64,000 nt of DNA from assembly GCA_951406725.2 (NCBI GenBank), contig OX597817.1, positions 118,482,001 through 118,546,000 of the forward strand. Reading direction: 5' to 3'. Shown here piece after piece: positions 14,029-26,769 of the stretch. This DNA comes from Octopus vulgaris (taxonomy: Eukaryota). Position numbers and translations under genes: made by a program. Under the pieces are notes generated by a model. It was not told the origin of the DNA. It made no database searches and was given only the letters and a program-made list of their open reading frames with translations. Every line of letters starts with the position of its first letter. The first letter of the stretch is position 1.

Positions 14029-14973
14029 CATGCATTTATTTATATATTTATATATATATATATACATTTATATATATATAAATATATATATAAGTGTGTG
14101 TGTGTGTGTGTGTACATAAATACATATATAATTATTAATAGATATATCACAGTCCTATATACTTTTGTAAGTATTATACGTTCACCTAGCAATATATACT
14201 GTATTTTACATTTCTGTTGGCCAACATTGGAAAAATTTACATAAGACGCAGCTGTTGATATTTGTTATCGGCAGATCTAAGGTGGTAAGGTTATATTGAT
14301 CGTTGGTAGGATGTCACTGATAAGAAAGCCAGTGCGATAAGTGAGCTTTGGTGTGATAAATTTAAAGATTAAAATTATTGAAAATACTACGACCACTACA
14401 ACTAATACTAATACTACTACGACTACTACACTACTACTTCTACTATTTGACTTATCATGTTTCCTATCTAGTGTCTTTGAACTTTTTGTTCCACATCCCT
14501 TGTCATGTCATCTATTAATTCCTTCCTGCAAGCCATCCAACAGCTGTAGTTATTGATGTTGTTGTTTAAGGAAAAGTCGGGTCTGATTTATTTGACTTAT
14601 AAGTACAGGTATTCATGAAATTACTGGTGTATGTATTACTACATTAAACACTTTCTCATTCAAAGACATTCTCATTCAAAGATATTTGTATATGAATTAC
14701 GTATAGTGTGTCTTTTAGAATACCGCATTTTATTTCGGAGATTTGACAACCACAGTTGTTGTTATTGTTGTTTATGATGATGATGATGTTTTTGTTGTTG
14801 TTTAAACTTTGGTTGACCTAATTCAGCAAATCTATGATTTATGTTATCCCAACCGACATAATCCTCTTTCTGTGAATTTCTACATCTGTGATTTGAGTGA
14901 TATTTAGCTGCTTTTTTAGTAAACTAACCAACAACATTAAAGCTCCTTCAGGTGAACTGAGTGCTTGTGTTAT

Positions 14974-15132
14974 GATATGCGAAGCAGTGACTGGGAGTTA
15001 ACAAACTTAACACCCATTCTAATATTTTGAGTGATATTTTAACCGGTAAAAGGCTTTCTGCCGTTGTTTATCTCTTATGCATATTTGAACTGGTCTTAGG
15101 TTTGCTTACTTTCAGTCACTGCTTCACGTATC
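14974..15132. repeat. Imperfect inverted repeat (foldback/MITE-like)
   Basis: gatatgcgaagcagtgactgggagttaacaaacttaacacc vs reverse complement of 15092-15132 gatacgtgaagcagtgactgaaagtaagcaaacctaagacc. Confidence 0.7.
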
Positions 15133-15957
15133 TTCTTGCCAATTTATTCCGGCCTGATGGCCAATATGCACTGTCACTCAATAATAATAACTTATAAAAG
15201 AATTTTTTTTAAAGTCAGATCAGATCTACCTCACTTTGGTAATAAGATATTGGTGCTGAGAAAGCCGGAGTTCAAAATACAGTCATCAGCCCAATAGGGA
15301 TTCTGAGCTGACTATGATGTTTTGAAATCGTTTTGTCACAAGCGAGAATCTTGCACGGTGACACACTTCAATGAAAAGCATTTTACGGGTTCAAAAGTTT
15401 CTCAAACTAATTTGGGTCGGTCTTAATTTTCGTTGAATTTTTGCTATTACGCTCACGTTTCCATGAGCTAGATCGGGGTTTTTTAAATATGTACATTAAC
15501 TCGTGACACTTAAAAAAATTTAACCAACTAACATCATTCTGTTAAAATAATGCCTAAAGTTAAATTTTTAATACACTGTGTATCAAGCTTGGTTCGTCTT
15601 TTATGATGCAAGACAGAAACTCTAGAAGCAATTGTCATGTATCGTCTTAACAAAGGAAAAATACATTGACATATGAATATATTTATATCTAAAGATATGA
15701 CTATACTGGAGTACGGGATGGTCGAAGCTGAAATGTCATCAATCAGACTTCTGGTACATCAGTTTGACCCGGCACTAACTTAAAAGTCATCGCCAAAGCC
15801 ACCACCACCACCAACAGCAACAGCAACAAGAGCGGCAAAGCAGCAACGTAGAAACGTCATATCTATCGTAAAGTTTACTTCCCGAAAATTGAGGCTCTTA
15901 GAGAGCAAGACTAAAAAAAAAGGTAAATGCAAACGTTCTGAAAGCGATTGAAAGTGG

Positions 15958-16360
15958 AAGTGGCTATGTGGTAAGTAGCTTGCTTACCAACCACATGGTT
16001 CCGGCTTCAGTCTCAATGCGTGGCACCTTGGCAAGTATCTTCTACTATAGCCTCGGGCCAACCAAAGAATTGTGATTGGATTTGGTAGACGGAAACTGAA
16101 AGAAGCCAGTCGTATATATGTATATATGTGTGTGTATGTGTGTGTATATTTTTGTGTGTCTGTGTTTGTCCCCCAACATCGCTTGACAACCGATGCTGGT
16201 GTGTTTACGTCCCCTTAACTTAGCAGTTTGGCAAAAGAGCCCGATAGAATAAGTACTATGCTTACAAAGTATAAGTCCTGGGGTCGATTTGCTCGACGAA
16301 AGGCGGTGCACGAGCATGGCCACAGTTAGATGACTGAAACAAGTTAAAGAGTAAAAGAGA
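15958..16360 (+). mobile_element. tRNA-derived SINE family A, near full length
   Basis: Same head, CORE-like segment, internal microsatellite and tail as 1913-2249. Confidence 0.88.
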
Positions 16361-17170
16361 GTTATATATATGTTTACAGAGAAATCTAGCATTTGGCTTG
16401 TTCTATAGCGTTTATCTTATATGTAGCAATTTATATGGAAAGTGAAAATTAGTGTGCAAGGTGGAGATTTACTATAGTTGTGCTCATAATTGTTGTCTTA
16501 AATTATTTTCTCCACTTTAAGTATACACAGTGGCACTAATGGTCACATATACACCTATAAACAGTCACACACGCAAACACGCTTACGCACACACGTGTAA
16601 ACGCGCATGCGGATATATACATTTATGTGCGGTGTGTACTCACACACACGCACACACATAAACACACAATCACCCACAAACATATATATATTGATATGTA
16701 TATGTAAGTATACGTGAGTTAATAGTCTACGTATACTACATGGAAAATTATAGTATACTACTGTATATTATAAATTTCATTTTTTAATGTATGGCATTTC
16801 TGAACTATATACAATAATATATGATGGTACTCTCTTATGTGCTATTTTAAGTCTTGTTGTGATATAATTTAACCTTTATTCTAATCAAACATTACCAAAA
16901 ACAAAATCTACTACCTTAAAATTACGAATGCAAATTAAATCAAATGCAGTATAGCAAGGAAAAATACTGATCATATATCACTGGTTATAATATATGTGAA
17001 GTAATTCTGATGATGAGAATTTTGGTTGTAACCCATTTACAAGCAAAGAGAAATAACGCCTAGTTAAAGAGACTAATAGAAAATATTTTCAACATACGGA
17101 AAAATGTACACATATGTAGATATGATTTACAGATACAAACGCATTTAGTATATATTTGTGTGTGTGTCTC

Positions 17171-17256
<86 letters not shown>

Positions 17257-17344
17257 CGTATGTATGTAGGAAGATATTTGTGACTGAATTTACATTTCAA
17301 TTGTAGCACAAATATATAGTATGTACACTCCGTGTATATTCTTG

Positions 17345-18378
17345 CATATTCAAATGGAGATAGTGAGGAAGAGTCTCGTAGAAGTGTGTATGAGAGGATC
17401 GATAAGTTTATAAGTAGCCGGGCAAGCGTGGCGCACGAAGAGAGATCAGAACGCCCGTCAACTTCCACCACTGACGGGAAGATTAAGCAAGTTCGAGAGA
17501 TGGTAATGGTGAACCGGCGAGTTATCATCGATGATGTAGCGTGTTCTCTGTAGATTAGACATGGTTCTGCCTATCAAATCATACACGATGAGCTTGGCTT
17601 CCATAAAGTCTGTGCAAGATGGCGGCTAAGAGAGCTTACTACACAGCACAAGCGCAAACGTATTGAGGTTCGCTAACTTTTATTCGATCGCTACAGTAGT
17701 GAAGGCGGGGACGTTTTCAGCAGAATAGTGACAGAGGAAACATGTCTCCGTCATTATGAGGAAGAATTCAAATGACAGAGTATGGAATGGAATCATTCTG
17801 GCTCGCCAGTGACGAAGATATTCAAGACTCAGTCTTCTGCGGGAAAGGTGATGCTAACCGTTTTTGTGGTTTCGAAAGGACCAATACAGGAAGACTACCT
17901 GGAAAAGTGGTGTACAATCAACAGTGCAAAATAGAGTGTTTTGCTGGCCAACAAACTGAAACAAGCAATTCACACAGATCGCCGAAGCCTATTATCGAAG
18001 AATGTTTCGTTGCTGCATGGCAATGCACACCCATACACGGCTGCCCAGATCGTTAAAACCTTTAGGTTTTGAGGCGTTGGAACAGCTTGCCTACAACCCG
18101 GATCTCACCCCTTCTAACTGTAAATATCTTTAGATCGCGCAAAAGGGGTTTACAAGGCCGTCGTTTTCCTACCGCTGAAGATGTGAAAGAAGCGGTGCAT
18201 AAATGGTTGCACGAACAACCGAACACCTTCTCAGAGGGAATACGCAAGCTTGAGGAGTGTTAGACTAAGTGCATTGTAAAGGAAGGAGTCTAAACAGATA
18301 AATGAGGTACTTGTTTATCCCCTGTTTTTATGTAAATACATTGAAAAAATGACTACGTATAAGTTTTGACTCACCCTC

Positions 18379-18381
<3 letters not shown>
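17345..18381 (+). mobile_element. Mariner (DD34D-type) transposon, 5' end missing, decayed
   Basis: EERSERPSTS, KVCARW, EWNHSGSP..KVMLTVF, LLHGNAHP, YNPDLTPS motifs; right TIR ttttgactcaccctcg|TA. Confidence 0.88.
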
Positions 18382-18415
<34 letters not shown>

Positions 18416-19125
18416 TATATGTTTACACGCACACAAAACATATATATATATACATACAAACATACGTATGTATATATATACATACATATATGTATGTGTG
18501 TGCGTGTATGTGTGTGTGTGTGAGTGTACGACTGAGTGGACAATTGAAAGGAAGCGAAACTCGACACCATTTAGTAGGAGTTGTAGACACCATTTGAAAT
18601 AGTTTGATTCGGCACCAAACAATTTCAAGCTTCGTAGGGATGTAACAGAAACTTAGGCAGTCGAACAGATGTAACGAAAGGCGGAAATGACCAGAGCGTG
18701 AGAATGTACGCGGGAGAGAGATTGAGAGTGCTAAAAAGAGAGAGAGAGGGGGACACTTGTTCATCTATGTACGTATACATACATGAACACATATACATGA
18801 ATACTGTATATGAATACTCATTTATATATAAGCATATTTTCATGTTATATATACATACACACGCGCAACACATATGATGTGAGAGTGTGTACATGTGAGA
18901 CAAAATTTACATATTCACGTGCATATATTTACATACAAAATTTACATACTCACACACATAACGAGTTAATCATATATTTATATATATACAAATTTATATA
19001 TATATATACATATTTATGTAAATGCATATATATATTCATATGTATATATGTATCCATATATATATATATATGTATATATATACGTATGTATGTATGTATG
19101 TATGTATATATATGTATGTGTGTAA

Positions 19126-19161
<36 letters not shown>

Positions 19162-19746
19162 ACGTATTTATGCACATATGTAAGTATGTATGTATATATG
19201 TATATGTATAATATACTTATGTGTGTACATATATAATTATATATATGTGCGCTTGCATATGAGATTGTAGAAAATAATCAGATGTGCCAAACAAATTTAC
19301 AAAAATAATAAATAAACACATTTATCAGCTGAAAATATACGTGGGAAGGTATCTTGAAGGAAACTAAGAACTCGAACTTTACTTCCAAATAGGATTAATT
19401 CCCAATACGCTGATTTTTTAAAAAAATCTAAGCCTTATTGGTTTAAAGAACTTAGTATTTTAGACATATGGAGAAAAAATTACCAATACCATTTATAAAA
19501 ATAAAATAAATACATCTGGATATACTACTGAAATGAACTGCTTTAGATTTAAGACACACTAGTCAATGAATAATGGAATTTGGGAATGAAACCCTAGAAT
19601 ATATATATATATATATATATATATGCATGTATGTATGTGTTTACATGTGTGTGTTTATATATACATATACATACATATATATATATACATATATATCTAC
19701 GCACACATATGCCTTTATATACATATATATATATGTTTATACATAC

Positions 19747-19778
<32 letters not shown>

Positions 19779-19805
19779 AAACACATAAATATATGTAAGT
19801 ATATA

Positions 19806-20039
19806 TATTTCTTTACTACCCACAAGGGGCTAAACATAGAGGGAACAAACAAGGACAGACAAAGGGATTAAGTCGATTACATCGACCCCAGTGGGTAACT
19901 GGTACTTAATTTCTCGACCCCGAAAGGATGAAAGGCAAAGTCGACCTCGGCGGAATTTGAACTCACAACGTAACGACAGACGAAATACCGCTAAGCATTT
20001 CGCCCGGCGCGCTAACGTTTCTGCCAGCTCGCCGCCTTT
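19806..20039 (-). mobile_element. tRNA-derived SINE family B (Meta-like domain), full length
   Basis: Minus strand: GGCGGCGAGCTGGCAGAAACG head, GAGTTCAAATTCC B-box, 'gcctttcatcctttcggggtcga..aagtaccag' central domain. Confidence 0.88.
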
Positions 20040-20444
20040 TGAAAGTATATATGTAAGTATATATGTAAGTATATATATATATGTACACATATGCGTGTGT
20101 TTGCGTGCGTGCTTGTATGTATGTATGTACATATACTTATACATACATATAATGGTGCTATAGCACATATGCATAAATTTTATACGCAATGTTATGCGTT
20201 ACGACAGTTGCAGCTGTAAGGAATGCATCAACAGTATGTGTTTGAACAGGGAGAGAAGAAGTTTCGAGTCTTGACTAGAAAATCCATAGATATTCAATAC
20301 ACCATTATGTCATACATACATTCATTAACACATGCGTACAAACCTACATAGATACATTCATACATGCGCAGGCTTACATACAAACACACTTGTATACAAT
20401 AGGCAGCGAAACTTTAGTACGAAATTCTGGAATATGTATATGTT

Positions 20445-20583
20445 TGGCTGCGTGGTTTAAAAGATAGCCTTGCATCCATGTAGTTTCGGGTTCAGTCCCA
20501 CTGCACATCACTTTGGTCGAGTGTATTTTAGTATTGCCCCGTGTTGACTAATATTTTGAGAGTGAATTGGTCAACTGGAGAAA
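20445..20583 (+). mobile_element. SINE family A head, decayed
   Basis: tggctgcgtggtt..gggttcagtcccactgc..ctttggtcgagtgt. Confidence 0.65.
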
Positions 20584-20626
20584 CATGCTCATGCACACAT
20601 AATTTATGTACATATATATGTATACA

Positions 20627-20768
20627 ACGGGCTTCTTTCAGTTTCCGGCTACAACAGACGACTCGAGGATACAGTAGAAAGCACTTGCCCAAAGTGCTAC
20701 GCAGTGGGACTGAACGCAGATTCATGTAATTGGAATGCAACTTTCTTACCACACAACCACGCCTGCGC
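20627..20768 (-). mobile_element. SINE family A head
   Basis: Reverse complement of gcgcaggcgtggttgtgtggtaagaaag..ttcagtcccactgcgtagcactttgggcaagtgc. Confidence 0.8.
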
Positions 20769-20775
20769 AATTGAA

Positions 20776-20845
<70 letters not shown>

Positions 20846-20984
20846 GTATATATTACAATTTATTATATTATGTATATATGAATGTATATCCGTCCTCAGT
20901 GTAAGACAACCACAAGCTAGTGACGAAATATCTCTCTATTTGCAAATACTAAAAATGTTTTAATCGACACACACCTATGACCTC

Positions 20985-21432
20985 GTATAGAGAAAGACAA
21001 CTTATCTTAAATCTCTGACCGTGAGAAATACAGTAACAGTACTGAATAGTAATGTTTATACACCAACAAGAATGTGGCAGTCCTATATATGACGGTATTA
21101 CTCTTGTTTTAGTCGCAGGAAAACTTCTTTTCCAGCAGGCTTTCGACACACAGTTTGTGTCCCTATAGCATTTGTAAGGGAAGTTATCGCTCCCATCTCT
21201 AGCCTTACGTGATACTCACAGACCTACTTTTCTGAATGTTACTTGTCCTCAGTGTGGACACAAACTGTTTGTCGAAAGCTTGCGGGAAAATATTTTTCTT
21301 AGGGTTAAATCAATAGTAATATCGTCATTTATAGGACTCCCACATTCTGTTGGCTTATAGAAATTACTATTTGGTACTGTTACTGTATTTCTCTTGCTCA
21401 GAGATTTGAAACAAATTGTTTTTTCTCTATAC
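20985..21432. repeat. Foldback element: ~177-bp imperfect inverted arms with ~93-bp spacer
   Basis: 20985-21162 is the reverse complement of 21256-21432 (e.g. gagaaatacagtaacagtac / gtactgttactgtatttctc; ctttcgaca.acagtttgtgtcc / ggacacaaactgt.tgtcgaaag). Confidence 0.85.
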
Positions 21433-21522
21433 AAGATCAGCGACTGTGAGTCGCTTAAAAAGTATACAGTATTTGTAAGTGGAGAGAGCTTTCGTCACTA
21501 GCTTGTGGTTGTCTCACAATTT

Positions 21523-21563
<41 letters not shown>

Positions 21564-21800
21564 ATGCGCGTGTACGTGTGTATACGTACACGAGGGTGAG
21601 TATTGTGAATGTTTTAGTGTCTGTGTGTCCACACACACTCTACCGCTACACAACCCGTATCGACTTTTTTAAGTTCTCGCAACTTAAGGGTCGGTTTCAC
21701 AATTGAGATCGGTTAAATAAGTAGCAGATTTAAAAGTTAAGTACTAGATTGAGTCCTTCATATACATACACTTGCCTACCTGTATATATATATGCATATA

Positions 21801-21865
<65 letters not shown>

Positions 21866-22339
21866 GAACGCGTTAATATATACATATAATACACCCAAAT
21901 GGTAGTAATGGACCTTTAATAGGCCTTAAAAGGGAACTCATCTTGAAAATGTAGTTAAATATTTCTCTGCCAAGTTTGTAACTGTGAAAAATATATTACT
22001 AGCTATTATAAGATACAGCTACTGTTTCTGATGTCAGTAGGGGCATAGACAATATAGTTTTACCTTCAAATATCCAATAACACTAAATTCATAAGAATAT
22101 TTTAATTCCTTTTAGCAATGAATGATCTTTCATTCTCTTACTACTTATAAGAAAGTTTTTCTCGGAGTATTTCATATCTTCCTCATTTAGGGCTTATATT
22201 AAGAATAATGTGATGGTAACTAATAAAACTGAAACGAAAACTGACTACAAATTGTGCGTGCGTTTATTAGCATTATGGATATTATAGATATAAATCCAAC
22301 ATTATAGGTTTCAATATACGATTTCACATTGAAATTCTT

Positions 22340-23310
22340 ACAAAACAAATTCAAACACATTTGAACTCAATGAGATAGACGAACGAACTCGCAAACGACT
22401 TCTACTGGAAACTTGCATATCAATGTATATTTAGGCAGGCTATATTTCTTAAATCTGTATTGAGAGAGTATGAAGCACGTATAGTGACACCGAAGCAACA
22501 TCTGCAACAGAGGATAGAAGCCAGTAATTTTCTTACCTAAGCTTGCTAGCACGAACACAATAACAATATTATGATAGTTAATGAACTGCAGAAAAGCATG
22601 AAATAACAACTGGTGCAAATCTATCCCCAAGGTGTTTTGTAAATTCAATATATGTGTAAAAATAAAAATTTAAATGCTACTGCTCTCTGAAAAGACATCG
22701 CATCAAAAGTTGTACACGGAGTACCAATAAGATTATGACATACTACTTTAAAAGAAACCTCCATGGGGGTCCAAGAACAAAAGGTTCATGTCAAGTACGT
22801 GCAACATAACAGGCAAAATATATGGCCGAACGATAAAAATAGGCTGTGAAAGACAAAAGCTGAACACGGGAGATTGTTTTCTAAATATTATTATGCTGAG
22901 ACAACATGAAGAGGACAATAATCTGGGACATCGGTCTTTGTTGAGACCGATGGATCAAAAGAATATTGGTGAGGCTTAAAAATTAAAACAGCCGTCACGA
23001 TAAAATATATCAGGCCAGTTAATGTTGCGTAGGACCATGAGTAAAAATACTCTGTTGTGGAAATCATCTGCTTCTGGACAAAAAACTTATATAAACCGTT
23101 AGATACGAATTTACAAATCCACTACTCACGATGGACTTTCAGTTTCATAATTATTGAAGCGAACTGGGGCAAGGCCTGGTTGAACTTGGGGCCTTGGGAA
23201 GAAAATGCAAGTTCTCATGTTTATGCTACAAATGATAACGATATCTGGGACAACAGAAATCTGAAAGACCTTAATGGTGAACTGAGCAAGATGCTTTCCT
23301 TTATACTCTT
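22340..23310 (+). pseudogene. Very decayed R4/Dong-like LINE fragment (post-RT and RLE region)
   Basis: EIDERTRKRL..TGNLHINVYLGRLY (~22372), RPVNVA*DHE*KYSVVEIIC (~23012), LQMITISGTTEI (~23226) parallel the element at 26770-28380. Confidence 0.55.
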
Positions 23311-23749
23311 GTGAACAAGCATGAGTGTGTTCAAAATTAGATCTAAATTAAAAAAGAAAATGCATGATTACACGTATTTATTCATGTATGTATTATGTGT
23401 GTGTGAGTGTGTGTGTGTGTGTGTCTGTCTGTCTGTGTGTGTTTTTACACTGAATTTCTTTTTAAAGATAGAGCCATATCAAAGTGAAGCACACCACACG
23501 TGATGGCTAGAAAGCAAGCCACACACCAACAGATGAACGCTCTATTCCACATATATACATACCCATGCACACATACACACACATATATACATACATACAT
23601 ATATATATATATATAAACATGCATAAACATGCATAAACATACATGCATACACACACACATACATAAATACATACATACATACATACATACATACATACAT
23701 ACATACATACATACATACATACATAAATAAATAAATACATACATACATA

Positions 23750-24240
23750 CATCTAGACAGATGCCGGAACACCGAAAAAGCATAACAGTCACAATTGTAG
23801 CCAATGAAAGAAATTTGGGTAATCTAAGAATTAAGGAAGCTATCGTCATAGACAGACTAGGGCCCCAAGATAACAACAGGCTGGAGGTTGGCAGTCAATA
23901 TATTATTTAGCTACATCTGGATGTGGGTAGGTTCATTTTTGATAACATGATTTTTTAAAAAAAGGAAGAATACAGGGAAACTGCACGTATTATACATAAA
24001 TTAGAAGCAGCGCTACAGATGTGCCAGCACACACGAGCTTGAGACATGGCCGCCCTCACGCACTTCTCATGAGGAATTCCGAAAGGAGCTTCGTAAGATC
24101 ACTGCATAGACGCCTCCGAAAAACATAACATTGGAACACCTATTATAGCAGCGACTCGATCAATTTGTCCGGATATCTAAAGAAGGAAGTTTTGTATTCC
24201 GAAATAATATATCAGACTATGGATGATTAAATTATAACAG
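23750..24240 (+). mobile_element. Penelope-like element 3' remnant (GIY-YIG C-terminus + 3' UTR)
   Basis: HLDRC..ITVTIVANERNLGNLRIKEAIVIDRLGPQDNNR..* (stop 23908-23910) fits the PLE endonuclease tail; decayed HHR at 24171-24217. Confidence 0.65.
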
Positions 24241-24302
24241 TTGTATTAGTCAATTGCTGTTATTATAGTGCACAGTTGTGCCATTCAAAAACATTATATT
24301 TG

Positions 24303-24334
<32 letters not shown>

Positions 24335-24337
<3 letters not shown>

Positions 24338-24899
24338 CCCAGAGGGCACTCACTAAACGAATTGAAGGCATGGCTGCTCTCGATTATTGGGATCGCCTTA
24401 AACCCTTGAAACTTTACTCCCTCCAGCGTCGCCGTGAGCGGTACATCATTTGTACGATGTGGAGAATATACCGCCAACTTTGCCCAAACGACCTTAACAT
24501 TAGCTTCAAGGTTCATCCAAGACTGGGACCACGGGCCATACGTCTCCTGCCCAATTCAAGATCACAACATACATGTACACTGCAACATAATTTCTTTTCC
24601 TCAACAGGCCCTGCCCTATTTAACATTGTCCCGAGGAAGATCAAAGAGGAAAAGGATCCCATCAACTTTAAACGGAGTCTGGATAGATTCCTTCAAAGAA
24701 TACCGGATAAGCCACCCATAATTGGATACAACTCACCCAACAAGAACTCACTACTTGAACAAAACTTGACTTAAACAAAAACAAAACTTGCCTTAAACAG
24801 GATTCGAATAATCCTATCAGGTGGTGCTATTAAGTTAGACATGGCCTGGACCAATCTTTGGTCGAAACATATCTAAGTTTATCTAAGCTTATTAAGTTT
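24335..24899 (+). mobile_element. CR1-type LINE 3' end
   Basis: [39 protein letters not shown]-terminal signature; tail of ATCTAAGTTT-type repeats; second copy at 42262. Confidence 0.85.
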
Positions 24900-24914
24900 A
24901 TGTATATATATATA

Positions 24915-25147
24915 CAGTGAACATTTAAACACATAAGAGGTATCCGTTGATGAAGACTTCGCCTAGCAAATTATTTTATTTGCTAAAAAAAGTCAGAAAC
25001 CATGGTCCAGAAGACAGATGGTTAATGTTTTTTATTTTTCATTTCCTTCGAAGTTTTATCCCTAATAATGGTTTGGACTTAGGCTGTTCCTTCTAGTGTG
25101 CCAGTAATCCTATGGCGGATACCTCCTATGTGTTTAAGTGTACACTG
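24915..25147. mobile_element. Small inverted-repeat element (TA|CAGTG..CACTG|TA) containing an HHR-like motif
   Basis: 35-bp inverted repeat 24912-24946 / 25116-25150, 32/35 matches by eye. Confidence 0.7.
24941..25013 (+). ncRNA. Minimal type I hammerhead-like motif (C3U, weak stem I)
   Basis: TTGATGA-A-GACTT..TAGCAAAT/ATTTGCTA..AAGTC-A-GAAAC-CATG-GTC; ACCATGGT is palindromic. Confidence 0.6.
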
Positions 25148-25299
25148 TATTTATAGGAATATTATATAGTATATTGACTATATAATAATTTCTCTACACG
25201 CTAGGCCACTGGTTGTAAAACTTTCTAAAATCTGTATCATTAATTATATATACATGTATGTGTGTGTGTGTGTGTGTGTATGAATGTATGTATGTATTA

Positions 25300-25530
25300 T
25301 TGAAAAAATTAATAGAAATGGCTTTTCTGATAATTTTTCCACTTTAATAATCAGGTGTTTATAAGGTATTAGCTGCGTTTGAAAATGAACCCGAAAACAA
25401 AGAATCTAAGTTTGAAAATCGCTTGTAAGGAAGAAACTCCTATGAGAGTCACCATTTATAAATACCTAATGTTATAAACATTTAAATATTAAAGTGGAAA
25501 AATTATCAGAAAAGCTATTTTTTTTTTCAA
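25300..25530. repeat. Foldback element with ~70-bp inverted arms
   Basis: gcttttctgataatttttccactttaata (25321-) vs tattaaagtggaaaaattatcagaaaagc (25487-25515). Confidence 0.8.
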
Positions 25531-26156
25531 ATATATAATGCTGTATCAAGCACTTTCTGTTTCTTATTCTATCATATATATACGGTAGAATAAAAAATAT
25601 ATATAAATTGCTCCCACTACTGAGTTAATGCTTTCTTATTTCCGTTTAACTTCACGTTAAGTATGCCCGGGATCTAATCATTTTATGTTAAATCTAAACA
25701 CTTCATACTTTCTAAATTATCATCGTCTTCTGTTTGTTTAAAGATTTTTCAGTCTTCAGTATTTTTCTTTATATATTATTACAGGTACATGGTAAATGTC
25801 TACTGGCCTTCATCTAAATAAATTCATGAAGTCTGCAATATTATTCAGGTTTCTTCGTTTTCTAGTTCATTTTGTTTTATGTTTTTTTCCTACGTTGTTA
25901 CAAGTAGGATGCGTTCGTGAGCTTGCTGATGTTTTTCAGCTTGTTTTCTAGAGCAGCCGAGAGGGTTTTTGTTTCTACACTATATGAAATTGCAGGGATA
26001 ATAAAAAAAATGTCTGTAAAGTTTCCTTTCAATTATAATATGCCTCATTCAATATGTAACAACTATTCTACGTTATCGATCATGGATGCTATAATTAAGC
26101 AAGTGAAGAATATATTTTCCCATTCACGAGTATAATCTACCATATTTTCTGCATTT

Positions 26157-26249
<93 letters not shown>

Positions 26250-26253
<4 letters not shown>

Positions 26254-26760
26254 ATGTGACAAAGTAGTCGGTTGCCATAATAAAACTCAGTCTCGGAGTT
26301 TCGGATGTCGCGGCGGAAGACTGCTCCGACACCTCGTCAGTTATTAAGACAAACAAAATTGCTATGAAAATGACCGTTAAATAAAGGGAAATTTAAGTCT
26401 GGGGATGACCCACACTACTCTCTCCCTTTCATATAAGTCTTTCTCTGATGTATCTTTAACCCTCAGTCAGTAGTAAATGCACGGCACATATTGCATCCAT
26501 AGTTATTTGCACTTTGTTCGGTGTTAGAAGGAATAGCCATGTTCATTTCCAAGTTCATTTACGTATTGATGACTAGGTTCGATTGATTTTCAACTAATCA
26601 TTCACATTGGTAGATGTTATATCAGATTACAGAGGTGGAGATTGTAAGTCCGTATCCTCCGACAGTCTATTGTCAGCTCGTCTTTCTGAGCAGTCCTCTT
26701 ATCTTTCGAAGATGCTTAACCGTTTTTCCGGTATGTCAGTGGTTACTACCATGTTCTTAG
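26250..26760 (-). mobile_element. Probable Penelope-like element 3' remnant
   Basis: Minus strand GSNH*HTGKTVKHLRK (26700-26750) resembles the GIY-YIG 'YIGKT.RHL' motif; HHR near its 3' end; ends at (TA)n. Confidence 0.45.
26278..26346 (-). ncRNA. Canonical type I hammerhead ribozyme
   Basis: UAAUAA-CUGACGA-[GGUGUCG..CGACAUCC]-GAA-ACUC-cgagacu-GAGU-U-UUAUUA: 6-bp stem I, long stem II, 4-bp stem III, GUU triplet, all core nucleotides present. Confidence 0.85.
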
Positions 26761-26769
26761 AATAGAACT

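Noticed and set aside
24061-24097. CTCATGA-GGAATTCC-GAAA..TC
   Set aside because: G5C change and stem I does not pair
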